From Lama glama (Eukaryota): 64,000 nt of DNA. The translations under genes were made by a program, and so were the position numbers. Below, in pieces: positions 45,424 through 59,978 of the stretch. The stretch covers positions 13,394,001-13,458,000 of the forward strand of contig CM052832.1 in the NCBI GenBank assembly GCA_028534125.1. Direction: 5' to 3'. Below the pieces are notes generated by a model, which made no database searches, was not told where the DNA came from, and saw nothing but the letters and a program-made list of their open reading frames with translations. Each line of letters opens with the position of its first letter. The stretch's first letter is position 1.

Positions 45424-46371
45424 TTAAGGTCCAGAGAAGTGGCCCATTTAAAGGAAAAGAACGTTTCCTGTTCCAAGATGATAATTAAACCAATTCTGTT
45501 AAACGCTTCACATTCTGCCACTCTTCAATCTCCTCTTGTTCAATAAACCCTGAGCATTTCTGATCAATTAGTTGTTTTTCTGACATACAGTGTCAGAACA
45601 TAAACATTACTTCTACAAGAGACAGAAATATCATTTGGGGATGACTCTTTATAGTACCTCTTCTGAAGATGTTCTGGACCCCAATTTCACAAGGTCAGAG
45701 TGCCACAAAAAAGGAATATTCTGAAGTTTTGCCACACCAAAGGACTTGCCGTAAGTGTGTACTAGACCCAACAGAGAAACCCCAAGTCCAGAGAACTTCA
45801 TGGAATATGCAGAGAAATATACCATAAACTTCAAAGGGTAAATTTTAAAATAATTTCAGGAAGCGTAGGTAATGATAACTGTATTCAGGCAATCAATTCT
45901 AGTCCCAACTTTAATGTTTAGAGTTTTGAACAAGCTACATTTTCTCAGTCTTCTCTTTTGTTCTGAGATTATCACCTGTCAAAGGTGAACTGTGAAACTT
46001 AACACAAGTTTACATCTACAAAGCACTTAGCCAACACTAAGTTCATAATGGTAAACTAAGAAGAACCCAGCCAATTTATGTTGTGTGACTTTATTAGTGA
46101 GCCTTCCCTTATATTTAGGATCAGCATCCTTATTCGTTAGAGTTGAGACACCAATGTCCCAAGAGGGGAAGCGATTTAGCTTGGTGACTCACTTGGTCGA
46201 GCTAGATTTAGAACCCACTCCGTGTTCTCTTGTTTACCCCACTTCCTCACGGTGCTCTGAAGCAAGAGAGGGAAGGAGTCAGTAAACCTCTGCGGATGAC
46301 TTTCAACCCACGCTTGAATTGCTTTATGTTTAGTAATTTAAAATGTCAATTCCAAGCAAACTAAAAGTTCA

Positions 46372-46593
<222 letters not shown>

Positions 46594-46790
46594 TCAACCC
46601 TCTACTCACTCCTGGTTCTGTTTAAGTGGTAGGTTACTAGAACTGTCACCAAGCTGGTGACTCGTTGGATGGCAAAGTGGCTCCTGGCCATCCTGACATG
46701 TTTAATCACAACTTGGTATCTGACTGAACTCACAAGTGAGAAGGACTTAAGAATTACAGGAACAGAAAACAGTGAGAAAGGCAATGATTA

Positions 46791-47111
<321 letters not shown>

Positions 47112-49686
47112 TTAGAAACAGAGCACTAGAACCCAGCCCCTCTAAGGTAAGTCTTAGGACACTCCCTTCAGACAGGAAAAGGCGGCAGAACTGCTTTCAG
47201 AGTTTGAGCGCAAGGAGGGACAAAGCAGCAAGCCTCCACAGCTCACCTGCAGCGAGCTTCTGGGACAGCAAACGAAATACAGCCGTCCGCAGAGCTGGCC
47301 CCGGAAGGTCTCCGGAGTGCGTGCGGGTTGCCTCTCGCGGCCTCTCCAGCACTGAGAGGCCCACACACCCGGAGCTCGGGGACAGCATCTGCTGCTCCCG
47401 AGCTTCCCCGTGCCTTCTCCTCATCCATCAGCATGTACCTATCCAGCATGCCGTCCTCGGTATTTCTGAGCTTTGCTTTCAACATCTAATCTGATAGATG
47501 AATCTGTACCAGTAGGTGCAGACATGTTAATGCTTTCCCTTTCTTGGTACGTTTTAATGGCAGAACTCTGGGGGAAAAAATGCCCTTCTTCAACCCAGGG
47601 AAAACTAACGATGGGAATTTCAGGTCAAGTAGAAAAGGAGGGTAGGTATTAGGCTCATCAGCAGTTTGACATATTTCAGAGAAGCAGGCCTAGTCTGGGC
47701 ATGAATTCAGAGGTCATGAGGGCACAGGAAGTCTTGCTTTTATATTCATCTTTTCCCATCCTTCCTCCCTCTCTCAGGTCCCCGCCAGGAAAACTCGCCC
47801 CATGACTGCTACCACTCCTGCCGCACTTCCGCGTAGGAACTGCAGCATGAGAAGCCAGCCCAATGGGCACTCACTGCCAGCTCCTTCCTTACCCTGTTGG
47901 GAAACCCTGCTGCTCAACTGTTCACAGCTGGTATCCCCTACCTTGAACTAGCTGCTTTTCAAAGGTCTGCAAAAGACTCATATGCTTTCCAAATCACTAT
48001 ACCATGTGTTAAGAAATCCATCCTGATGACAGTCTTCAAAGAATGCTGACATTTTTCTGGAATGTTCTGGTTAAAGTGTAGCCAAGACAGCTATGAATCA
48101 AAATAGTGAACAATGTTATAAACTTAACTCCCATCTATCTTCAGCAGGATCCAGGCTCAGAGTTCTTCACCTAGCAGTGGCATGATCTGCATTAACCTGG
48201 CCTCAGTTTCTCAGCCTGTCCCCCCTGTGACGGTCAGCTCACTGGCTAGGTTTCTGAGCACTGTTCTGTATGCAGCCACAGGACAGAACAAACCTAGGAA
48301 ACTCTCAGCATTTACGACCTTGGCTGACTCAGCTGGTAAATCACCTAGATAAAGGAACCTACTACCCAGAAAATGCGTGCCTTTTAAGCAGTACTTTCAA
48401 AGGCAGCCTATTTCAAACAGCCAGCCTACCCTGAGGAACACCTTTTTTGTGGAAGTGACCTGGGGGGAAATGGTGGTAAGACTGAGGACATGAAGTCAAG
48501 TCTGATAAAATATCAGACCAACTTAGAGAATGTTTTAATGTTCTAGTTTAATCTTAATTCAGATATTTAAGAAATATATATGTTTGGCTCTGGGTAAAAA
48601 TGGTTCATCATGAATTTGTACGTGTATGCTTGAATATACACATATTTGAATAGCTAGATTCCATTTAGCCTAAAAGTCAGCAAGTTAGTGTGGTCCAGTC
48701 TGATTTGTAATTCAGTTTAGACTAATTCAAAGTCCCGAAAGAGGTTAGATCTTTAAATAAGACCCACTCCTAAGCACTAGATGAAAATCCTCAAAAGCCC
48801 AGTGTCCGTGTGTATACACACATAAATTATCGTACTCTCATCCCAGTGTGCTCTGCATGTTAAGGTCTGCGGTTGGCCAGGAAAGATCTCCTAACTCCCA
48901 GCCCAGGCTCCCGGACAGCACTCCTCCTCAGCAGACTCTTCCCATTCCCTAAACTCTAATCCTAAAAAGCTGGAGGCAGGAGATTGGTGGGTGGAGAAGA
49001 CTACAGTCTGAATGAAGCAGTACAGAGAACAGAACACGAAGAACAGAGAACAGCTGTCAAACAACAAAACAGCCAGATATAAGGATCTCGTTTCAGAAAA
49101 CCTGAATAGTGATGCAGGCATTAGAAACTTACAGCATTAACACATATTGCCAAGCATAAATGGCAGGAGATGGCAAGCAAAATGCTTTCTGGTCAAATGG
49201 CTTTGTTCTTGTGTAATGTGGAACATTTGTCCAATTCTACTTTTTTATTAAAAGGTGGGGAAAAAAAAAGGACAGGACTTAGATCTCACCTTATTCTAGT
49301 ATCTTTGGCCTGTGGCACTCAGAAAACATTACTTTCGAGAGCTTATACAAATTGTGGATACAAGAAACTACGTACTGACTTACGTTTCAGAGGGAGTTTA
49401 TAGAGGAATCGGGAACGAGATTCGGCAGATTATTTTCCACCGCTCTGACCACATGCCCCTGTATGGGGGCTCACTTCACTACACTGGGTTTGTAAATGAA
49501 ACAAGAACCCCCTCCCTCCAAATCACCAGCACATAAGGCTTCTGTCAGCTGGCACTCTGTTTCAAAGTATGAAGGTAGAAAAATAAGCAACGCAACGTTT
49601 TACTCTCACATCTAACACAAGGCAAAGAGCAGGTATTTCTATTCACAGACAACAGAGTGAATTTGGAAGGAAATTATCATCAGTTA

Positions 49687-50031
<345 letters not shown>

Positions 50032-51759
50032 TTAAAAAACAAGAACAAAAGACATTGAACAAACAACCCCCCCCCAACTTTATGTATCTACAGGCAAAAA
50101 CTCTTGCCTAGAGCTTGTAAAGAAAAAGCACAAACTAGGGATTCATACCGGATCCCTGAGCTTCTGATTCTGTGTGTGCATAAGGGGAGAATGAAGGCAG
50201 TAGTGCCCACACTCTAACACTGTTTATCATTTACATTTTTTATTTAAACTACACACTTGGTTAAAAATAGCTGAACATTAGAAAAGAACTTCTGTGGAAA
50301 ACAAGTAATCCTCTGGCAATCCTCTGCCATACCCCCTCACCTCCCGTAGTCTCGTTTTCACAGGGGCATCACTTTTTAATTTGTTTTCATTTCTATCTCT
50401 AAATAACACTCCTATTTCCTGTGTTTTATTTAAGGAACTTGGTAACTGTTTGCCAAACTACTGGTTCCCCACATTCTTCAAAAACATTTCTAAATTTTAT
50501 TTTCCATAAAAGATAGTGATTGTGATAGTTTCTAACTACCTAATGCATCACTTTTCCTAGAAATTCACTAAAAAATGCATTTTCACTATGCATAGAATCC
50601 TAACCTTACCAACACCATTTTTTGAACAGGCAGGTCTTGCTCTCAACAGAAAAGTTCCGGTGAAACGGCTTTGGATTTATTCACGGAATCTCAGTTTTTT
50701 TTCCTAGTACCACTAAGGAGCCATTTTCTTTAACAAATTTGATTTTTTCTAAACCTGATTCATCACCTGTAAAATGAGAATAATGCTCACTGTCTACCTC
50801 AGAGGACTGGTTTGACTATCAGCTAAAATAATGTAAGTGAGAGCACCTAAAGATGTGTAATAGCACACCACGTGAAACGGGCTTCACACTAAACACACGC
50901 CATCTGGATGGACGTACACAGAAGACAATCAGGGGAAAGTACTCACAAAAGGATTACCAGAAGATTCTTTTAAATAGGGAGTTCTAACAGATTTTACTTT
51001 AATGTAAAATAATGTTTTTTTAATAATATATTTTTTAAATAAAAAATTTTAAACATACCAAAGCACAGAGTTAATACAATATGCACACATCACCAAGATT
51101 TGGCTGGCTTAGTTAACATTCTCCTACATTTTCTTCAACTTTTCTTCGAAAGAAAATGTTACACATACAACTGAATGTCTCACTCCTACCCCTCATGTAT
51201 CTTAAATCTGTATCCAATAATTCATGAACAAGATTACTGCCCATGACCTCTAGGAAATTATGTGGTTATCTAAGTACCTGAAATAAAACTAAATTGCTAG
51301 CTACAGCACACTCAATTTTTCCCCATTTGCTTCTAGGTAAAAGGAAATCAAAATCTAGACCAAAGACCTATTTAGGGTTCATATCCTACAGCTTCGGATA
51401 AAATTTTCCACATGTCCCTGTGTTTGCACACATAGCATGCATAAGAGCTAAGTTTCCACACAATCCCCGGGCAAGCTTGGAGCAAGAAACACTTCAATTA
51501 CCAAGACAGGCTTTCAATACTCCAAGTATGGTTCTTAAAAATGAAAGCAGGAACCTAAGTTATTAATTCAGTTCTTTAGAACACTTATTTGATTTTCTCC
51601 CCAGCAATGAAGCAACTGAACTGGGCTGATTCCTGACGGATGCCTCAGGTTTCACCCTGCTTAAATGAGTGAGAGGAAAAGAGACCCACTGCATAAGTTC
51701 TCTGTAACGGGGCACTATGGAGTGGCAGTCACACTCCACTTTCGTCAGTTAATGTATAT

Positions 51760-52175
51760 AAAATAACAGCGAAGCCTGGCCAGAAGAATACAGGTTCAAA
51801 TCCCAGTCCCCGACTTCCTAGCAGTGTGAAGCTGAGCAAGTTACGCAAGCTTTCAAAGCCCCAGTTTCCTCATCAGTAAAAGGATTAATCTCAGTAGGGA
51901 TCAGCAAACATTCTGTGAAGAGCTAAAAGGAACATATTTTGGGCTTTGTGGGTCATAGTCTCTGCTACTATAGCAGTCTGTGCTACTAAGGCAGCCACAG
52001 ACAGCACGTAAACAAAAGGGCGTGCTGGCCGTGCTTCAGATTTTTATTTACAACACCAGGCAGCGGTTCAGATATGACCATAGTTTGCCACCCTTGATCT
52101 AAAAAATGTATGTAAAGTTTCCAGCACAGTGAGTGTTCATACGTGGCACCTGCTGTTATCATTGTTGCTATTGTT
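51760..52175 (+). mobile_element. MIR SINE interrupted by a MER58A-like element
   Basis: ggttcaaatcccag...caagttac...ccccagtttcctcatcagtaaaa, resuming after the insertion at about 52100. Confidence 0.7.
51895..52096 (+). mobile_element. MER58A-like hAT DNA transposon
   Basis: agggatcagcaaac...atattttgggctttgtgggtcata...gcagccacagaca...tttatttacaa...ccatagtttgccacccttg; terminal inverted repeats. Confidence 0.8.
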
Positions 52176-52599
52176 TTTAGTAAAAGTTTAAAAGAACCTA
52201 ACAATTTATCAAGAGCCTTCACATCCATGAACTCAATAATCTTCTAGCCTTGTGAGTTAAGAATAATATTAATATTCTTGTTTTATAGAGTAAGAAAGCA
52301 GGACTCAGAAACATTAAGGATCTCATCCATGGTTACAGCTGATAAGAAGCAGGGCTAGAATGTGAATCTGTCTTCTGACTCCAAACCCAAGACTATTTTT
52401 CTTACATCATTATTGCCAAGTTAGATGTCTAGACTAACTGGAGATTTTCGGGGATAGTCAGCTTTATATAACTGTGATATGTATGCTGAGCCAATTAACT
52501 GGTTATTTTTATTGAGATTAAGAGCATTTATGCCTTGAGTAGACTAGGCATTCAGGTGTCAGAAAACCTCCAAATAAAGTCAAGATCTAATCATCGTAC

Positions 52600-52759
52600 C
52601 ATCATTTCTGGGACCCAGAGGGTAAGTATGATTTTGAAGACCAGAGGAAGCCAGGCTATTTGCTTCTTTTTCTTGGGCTGCAGCTGAGGCTTCATCAGTT
52701 AGGCAGCTGGCCTCCTGCCACAATAACCTGTCGCTCTCACTGCCACGGTGAAGATTCAT
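52600..52759 (-). CDS. KCTD20: KCTD20 exon 2 coding part (MNLHRGSESDRLLWQEASCLTDEASAAAQEKEANSLASSGLQNHTYPLGPRND); exon begins at 52805 with 46 nt of 5' UTR
   Basis: tcttccag acceptor at 52806-52808, ATG at 52759, donor ATG|GTACGA; 160 nt; all seven exons sum to 1260 nt = 419 aa + stop. Confidence 0.93.
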
Positions 52760-55700
52760 CCTTGGCCTGTGTATCCTGAACTGTCTGCTTGATCAGAAAG
52801 TAACCCTGGAAGACAGAAATATGCATGATTTAGAATTCTTCCTGAACTAGAGAACTGAGACACAGCTCTCATTCTGAGAAGAGATGACATCTTAAACATT
52901 TCTGTGATTTTATATTGAGGAATCGGGCTGATTTAAATGGTCTTTACCAAACCACTAAGAATGTTGATAAACTTGTTACTAGGGAATAATTTTAAGCTTT
53001 CTTCATAAATAGATATCAAATCCACTGATGGATTTGGCCACATTCATGCTCGATTCTGCATACTAAATGGTGGTATAATAACCTGGTGTTTATACCAGAG
53101 ACACAAAGGAGGCAGAGTCAATCAAAGAAGATCAGCCCTTATATTTTAAGAAATTGAGACACATACCTTCCTGCAACAAATAAGCAGTAGGAAATGAAAA
53201 TAACAACTATAATGCTAGTACGAGAGGTGAAATTAGAAGTTACCTGCACACACACACAAAAGCTAAATTTGACTTACAGTGCTCCAGTTCTCCTCTGTAA
53301 ATTCTCTCTTTCACTTTCTGTACCTTATGCTCAACCCTCAATTCCCACCTAAAAATTACACTAAGATGTCACTGGCTAACTCTGCCCCAGAAGTGCACAA
53401 CCATGGTGAACACCACCTCCTGAGTGACTGCCACGTGTGAGGCATTTGCACCTTTCTTTTAGGTAATCGCGCCCTGTGGCCCTCCCACCCATGGGGCTGC
53501 CCACCTGCTGGACACAGGCCTGAGGCTTACCTCGCTTAGCACTTCCACAGCTTATACTATGCTGAGTTCCACTTGGTGTTCTGGTACAAGAATCATATCA
53601 CTATCAATTTTTATGCATAACAACTGCATGATAAAACCATTTTAGTAAGAAGTTATGTCATTTAAGATCAGGAACATGTTTTAATACTCTGAATTGCCTG
53701 ACATGCACGAATGGAGAGGTGCCAATAAACACTTGTAATGTGCATTCTGAATCACTTCATAACCTGTATTTATACATTTTTGAGCATAAAGTTTATTGAT
53801 CAGTTACTCCTTGTTTTAACTTGCATGAAATATAAAAATGACCCCTTTGAAAAAAATAAGCCAATACATATGCCTGAAAACAAACAATTTTAAAGAAGCG
53901 ATACTTTCACAGTTGATGAAATCTTTAATTTTCAGACAATGGCTCTTACAATGTAAGGCAAGTTGAGGAAATAAAGTGAAATCTTATTTTCTGTGGGAAA
54001 ATCTGCTATGTAGCTATAGCTTTCTCAGATTTCCCTTTCTTAAAGAAAAACATTTACACACAAAAAATGCTGCCTCTTAAAATTAATGCTCAACAACTAA
54101 TACAGTCAAATAGAACCACCACTGCCTTCAAGTTTGATTCAGATGTTAAATCAAGCCTGGAGAATAAGGTAAAGAAGATCCATGAAACCCAGAAAAGCGT
54201 TATCGACACTGGAAAGACCAAAAGGGGGTCTGCTTCTTTAAGCCTCACTGATTTTGAACTGTGTCACTCTGTCTACCTATGCTGCTTCTCAGCTCTTTCG
54301 TAGCTGCTCAGGAACCAAGTTCAAACTTCTCTTTGTTTCTCTCCAAAAGATCTCTTGAACCAAAACAAAATAAACTTAAATAAGGTGATTTGCTAAGGAA
54401 TCTGCACAGACTATTTACTGTATGTTATTTCATTTATTTCTTACAATGCGTGAAAAAGTTTCATTATAATAGAATATAATGAAAACATTTTCTTCCTAGT
54501 CTATAATACCATGGCTGAAACTCAGTTTTACTTGTATATAATGAATTAATAAATATAAAGATAGACTTGGAACTTAGCAGGGTAGATCTCTCCAATGAGA
54601 AAAAGAAAGTAACCTGCTAAGCACTGAGTGAGCATTTTATCTGTATTTAGTTGGTATTACAAATAATACATGAATATTTCCCTTCTAAAAAATTCAAATC
54701 TTATAGAGAAGGCAAAAAAGGACACTGTTCATCATCCTCAAGTACCTCTCCAAGTAACTGGATCACGACTTGCTTGGTATGAATCCTTCTGGACTTTATA
54801 AAAATGCTTTATTAGTATAAAAGTGTAGTTTTAAAAAATATACAAACTATATATCATTCTCATTCTGTAACATGTTTTTCTAAACATCCTTAAAATCCAT
54901 CCATGTTGGAAGACATATCTATGTAGTTCATTCCTTCTTAACTGCTGTATAGTATTTTATGATTCTACCCTCCTATCTATTAATTTTTAAGTTGTTTCTG
55001 ACTTAACTATTACAAACAATGCTTCAATGGATAAGATCAGAGCGTACTATGAAATTCCATGAGAGGACCCAATTTGCAGTTTTCCCAAATGAATTTGGCT
55101 TAAGAACTCCTTTCAAGTAATCATCTCAGGATTAATGCTTAATGGCACACACTTTAAGAAATCACCTAATCCAACATTTCCCAAAGTCCCCTATAAACTA
55201 ATTCCTCTGTAATTCTAGAATGATAGATCAAAACTCTTGACCTATGAAATCTAAGACATAAACTGACACCAAATTCTTCAACACACACCAGAGCAACCAG
55301 TCTACACATAGGGGCCTGCTCCTCTTCCAGGATGGATGGTTCATGCAACTTTGAATGTATATTTTCATTGCCTACCATGGCTCCATTCTGTAACCATCCC
55401 CCAAATGAATCCTGGTCCTCAGAACAGATCTAAGAAAAAAAAAAAGAAATAAGCAAAGCACTTCAACAATATAGTTCTCTATTGCTACAAAACTATTTGT
55501 GGCCAACACCATTCTAAAAGCCACAGCAGCATACGACTTCAAGAACAAAAGGACCATGACACCCCTGGTACACCTAATAGTAACTGAAGAGACTGCTTCA
55601 GAGAAGAACTAGGAGTTAGAAATATATTAATAGTGGAACTCAGACTATACAGCTGTGAAGCAAAGAACTGAACGTCCAGCAAGCCCACTCAAGCATCACT

Positions 55701-57064
55701 TCCACGCAGTACATGAAAGCATCTTTAAACTCTCTACGAGCTACACAAATATGTTTTGTTATTTATTTCATAGGCCTCCCGTGAGGGCCCCTATTTTAAG
55801 TCTTGATTTTACTGACCTGAAACAGCGAAACCATTTAGCATCGCAATCTATTCACCTTGGAAAACCTGCATATAATCTTTGATAGTGGAATTTTCTCCAC
55901 ATATTCTTTGCATCTTAAAAAGGATACACTGGTTTCTCTCTAGAACATAATGAAGTATTAATTCAAAATGACCTCCTTTTACTTACAATTTCCTCTAATC
56001 AATTATTTATGAAGAAAATAAGATAATGGAAATGTGATCTATGTAATTAATTCAGTATCTTGCCAAAGAACTATTTAGATTTTGAAAATCTAGTTGGAAT
56101 GGGGTTGGGGGCAATCAAACTTAACATGGATGTATCTCAAAAGCATAATGCTTTCAGACTGTTAATGATACAAGTGTATGATTTTTTAAAAGGCAGTATC
56201 CTTTTATACTTCAGAGCCATGTCTCCTCTGTGTAAAAGCTGAGTGGTGAAAATGAGGTAGGATGCCACAGAATTTGGTAAATGAGACAATCTACTCTCCG
56301 TCTATACTCCAAACTTAAACTACATCTTTTGTCAAACTTTCATTCCAGACTGACAAATCCTAGTCCTTTCCTTCTGTTCTTATGTGAAAACCACTACATT
56401 TAACTAGTTTAACTGCCTATCATTGACTATGGTCTAGTTCCACTATACTTTCTCTTAATGCACAGTAACAAGAACTCTGCTAATGTGTTCTATTAAAGGT
56501 GAACAGGTTTTCCAGTTTTGCTTTACCTATGCTCTCTAGTGATACCTAGGATCTCTGGGAATAGGTTTAAAATGGGTGAAGATGAGGGGAGAGACAACAG
56601 AGGTGACAGACACAATCTAAAATTTCTACAAGATCACCTTCTAGGATATTATTAACTGATAGTGTCACAGAGGCTGCCATCTTCAAACTATACTGTGGGC
56701 ATATATTTTTTAAAACAAATTCCAGTAAAGTGTTTCCACAGTGGTTCTATTCATGGCCTTTGCAAACATGCCCCTAATGTTCCCATCTCAGAAGAAATTG
56801 TTTTTTGACTGTTTAAGGCTTTCTGGTTTTCCTTTTTCCAGTTTATTTCTAAAAATATTGAGTGAGACTATTCCAGTATGAAGACCATATAAAATCTATT
56901 CATAACATTTCTAAATCTCATAGTTTTCCTCCCATATGTCCCCAAACCCGTAATAATTTAGCCAATAAAAGACCTCTGTTAGTAAGTTATTTCCACTGGG
57001 TTCTCCTTTCCGCCACACTTGCTGTCTTCCTCAGAGAACTCTGGCAGACCGATGAGATGAATGC

Positions 57065-57520
57065 TTCTTAGAGGACTCTTGCTACATTTCTCCCCAAGTA
57101 TGATCTTCCATTATGGCTCTGCCTCCTGTAACTGTGGCCCTGGGCAGGTTCCTAAGTCTGTGCCTCAACTTCCTCACTTGTAAGAGAGGGTAGTAACTAC
57201 TAATCACAGAGCTGATGTAAGGAATAAATGCGACAATACACTTGAGGTGCTTAGTACAACGCACGGCACATAGCACTCGATCAGTGTTAACTATTGCTAT
57301 TCCCAAACCACAGATCTGCAAAGCACTTTTACAAATCAAATCTCATTTGATACTGGAGCAACCCCAGGAGAGAGACTGTAATTATCCTCATTTCACTGCT
57401 GAAAAACAAAACTAAATTTTAGAAAGGTTAGCAACTTGCCCTAATCACAATTCTAGCCAGGAGGCAAAGACAGACTCCAAGTCTAGGTCCTTTGATTCCC
57501 ATATTCTTTTCATCCAATCA
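57065..57520. mobile_element. Two adjacent MIRs in opposite orientation (+ about 57065-57300, - about 57310-57520)
   Basis: ctgtggccctgggcaggttcctaagtctgtgcctcaacttcctcacttgtaa on +, then attatcctcatttcactgctgaaaaac...aggttagcaacttgccc. Confidence 0.7.
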
Positions 57521-58530
57521 CAATGCTTCCCCCAAATCATCTAGCCTTTCATCTATTACTGATTCTAGAAGTTTTTCCTTCTATTGCTTGTCAGAAATCA
57601 AAGAGAAAACCAGCAGTTTCCAGGGTCACTGCTGCTGCAGTTCTTATCAAACAGGAGTTATGGTTGTAATGAGAGACTACTGTGACACATTGTAATCGAC
57701 TGTACTTCAATGAAAAAAGGATCTTGTGATAGAGTGGTTATATTTTTCCATAAATAAAAATAACATTGGTGTTTTACTGCTTATAAAAGCAATATATACT
57801 CAATGAAAAAAAATTTCAGTCAATACAGAAAGATATAAATACTTCAAAAATCAAAAAAGTTATGGTAAAATCTTTGCACACCTCTGTGGGCATCTACTCC
57901 ATTATGTCCTTGGAATAAACTCCCAGAAGTAAAATTGTTATGGAAAAAGATAATTAAATTTTGAAATGTACTGCCAGATGGTCCCCTATAAATATACCAA
58001 TATACACTCCTTCTGGCAGCATGGAGCATCCATTCTCCAGAACTCTTGCTAACATTCAGTGTTTCAATCTTTCTTATCTTTGCTATTTGGATAAATGAAA
58101 TATGACAGCTCAGCTTAATGTGATCATTTGAAAAGTCATGGGGTGGGAAAAGACAGACTGGGAGTTCGTAGTTTGTTGATACTGACAAGCATATGTAGAA
58201 TAGATAAACAAGATTATACTACCTTTCTCTTTTTGATTCACTGAAATGACACACTGTACTGCTTTTGGAATTCTTTACATTATTTTTTGCCTCAACTGTC
58301 TAACTCTTTACTTGCATCTGACCTGTGCCTTTTCATTTTTCCCTCAGGAACAAACCATACCTTCCCCCTCTCCTGCCAAGCTGTCTTTCCTTTAGCTCTT
58401 TTACTCCAGCAGAAAAGAAAGAAAGGAAGGAAGGAAGGAGAAAGAAAGAAACAATAATTCTGCACTAGGGTAGTGTATGTTCATTATTCCTGGTAGAAAA
58501 TACCAAAAAGATAAAAATCACCCATAATTT

Positions 58531-58666
58531 GGGGGAGAACATAGCTCAGTAGTAGTGTCCGTGCGTAGCATGCACAAAGTCCTGGGTTCAATCCCCAGTA
58601 CCTCCATTAAAATAAAAACCTAATTCCCCCCACAAAAAAAGGTTAAAAAAAAAAAAAACCAAAAAA
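58531..58666 (+). mobile_element. tRNA-derived SINE, vic-1-like (camelid), with TSDs
   Basis: GGGGGAGAACATAGCTCAGTAGTAG...GTCCTGGGTTCAATCCCCAGTACCTCCA, A tail; flanks cacccataatt (58519-58529) and cacctgtaatt (58667-58677). Confidence 0.88.
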
Positions 58667-58959
58667 CACCTGTAATTCTTCTTCCAAACTTTTCTAAGCA
58701 TAGATAAATATATTATTCCTTTTAGTTTTCATTTTTACAATTTTGAAATTCTGCTGTAAATACTACTGTACTGTATTCTCAACATACTATGAACTTGGCT
58801 GTATGTCATTAATCATACTCTTACACCATCTCCAAGGTACACAATATTTTATTGTATGGTTGTACCAAATTTTACTCAATTGATTTCAGTGTTTTTTTAA
58901 TTTTACATTTAATCTTTAAACCATATGGAATTTATTTTGGCATACAGCACAGTATAGAT

Positions 58960-59978
58960 CTAAAAAGGAAACCATCATCAAAACACAAAGACAACCTACG
59001 GAATGGGAGAAAATATTTGCAAATGATGCAAATGACAAGGACTTAATTTCCAAAATCTGTAAACAGCTCATACAACTTAACAACAACAACAATAAAAAAC
59101 CCAATCCAAAAATGGGTTCTCCAGTGAAGACACACAAATGGCCAATAGGCACATGAAAAAATGCTCAATATCACTAATTATCAGAGAAATGCAAATTGCA
59201 AATCAAAACTACAATGAGGTATCACACCAGTCAGAATGGCCATCATTCAAAAGTCCACAAAGAATAAATGCTGGAGAGGGTGTGGAGAAAAGGGAACCCT
59301 CCTACACTACTCGTGGGAATGTAGTTTGGTGCAGCCATTATGGAAGACAGTATAGAGATTGCTCAAAAAATTAAAAATAGATTTACCATATGATTCAGCA
59401 ATCCCACTCCTTGGCATGTATCAAAAGGGAACTCTTAATTCAAAAAGATGCATATACTTCAATGTTCATAGCATAAAGAAGTCATAGTATATTTATACAA
59501 TGGAATACTACTCAGCCATAAAAAAGAATAAAATAATGCCATTTGCAGCAACATGGATGGACCTGGAGACTGTCATTCTAAGTGAAGTAAGCCAGAAAGA
59601 GAAAGAAAAATACCATATGATATTACTGATATGTGGAATCTTAAAAAAAAAAAAGACACAAATGAACTTATTTACAAAACAGAGAGACTCAGACATAAAA
59701 ACTCATGGTTACCAAGGGGGAATGGGGGTGGGAAGGGATAAAATGGGAGTTTGAGGTTTGCAGATACTACTACATATAAAATAGATAAACAAGTTTATAC
59801 TGTATAGCACAGACAACTATATTCAGTATCTTGTAATAATCTGTAATGGAAAATAATCTGAAATATATATATATAACTGAATCACTTTGCTGTACACCTG
59901 AAACTAACAATATTGCAAATCAACTAAACTTCAATAAAAAGTAAAATAAAAGTAAATACAAATTAAAAAAAAAAATAA
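58960..59978 (+). mobile_element. 5'-truncated L1 (ORF2 C-terminus, 3' UTR, poly-A), similar to the copy at 2789-4194
   Basis: ORFs 59138..59374 ([19 protein letters not shown]) and 59500..59754 (MEYYSAIKKNKIMPFAATWMDLE) are L1 ORF2 remnants; aataaa plus A-rich tail at about 59934-59978. Confidence 0.92.

Noticed and set aside
53495..53516. CTCF-like gcccacctgctggac
   Set aside because: Extra base in the core; cannot be supported without a matrix scan.
58852..59754. Cluster of five ORFs in KCTD20 intron 1
   Set aside because: L1 ORF2 and 3' UTR remnants.
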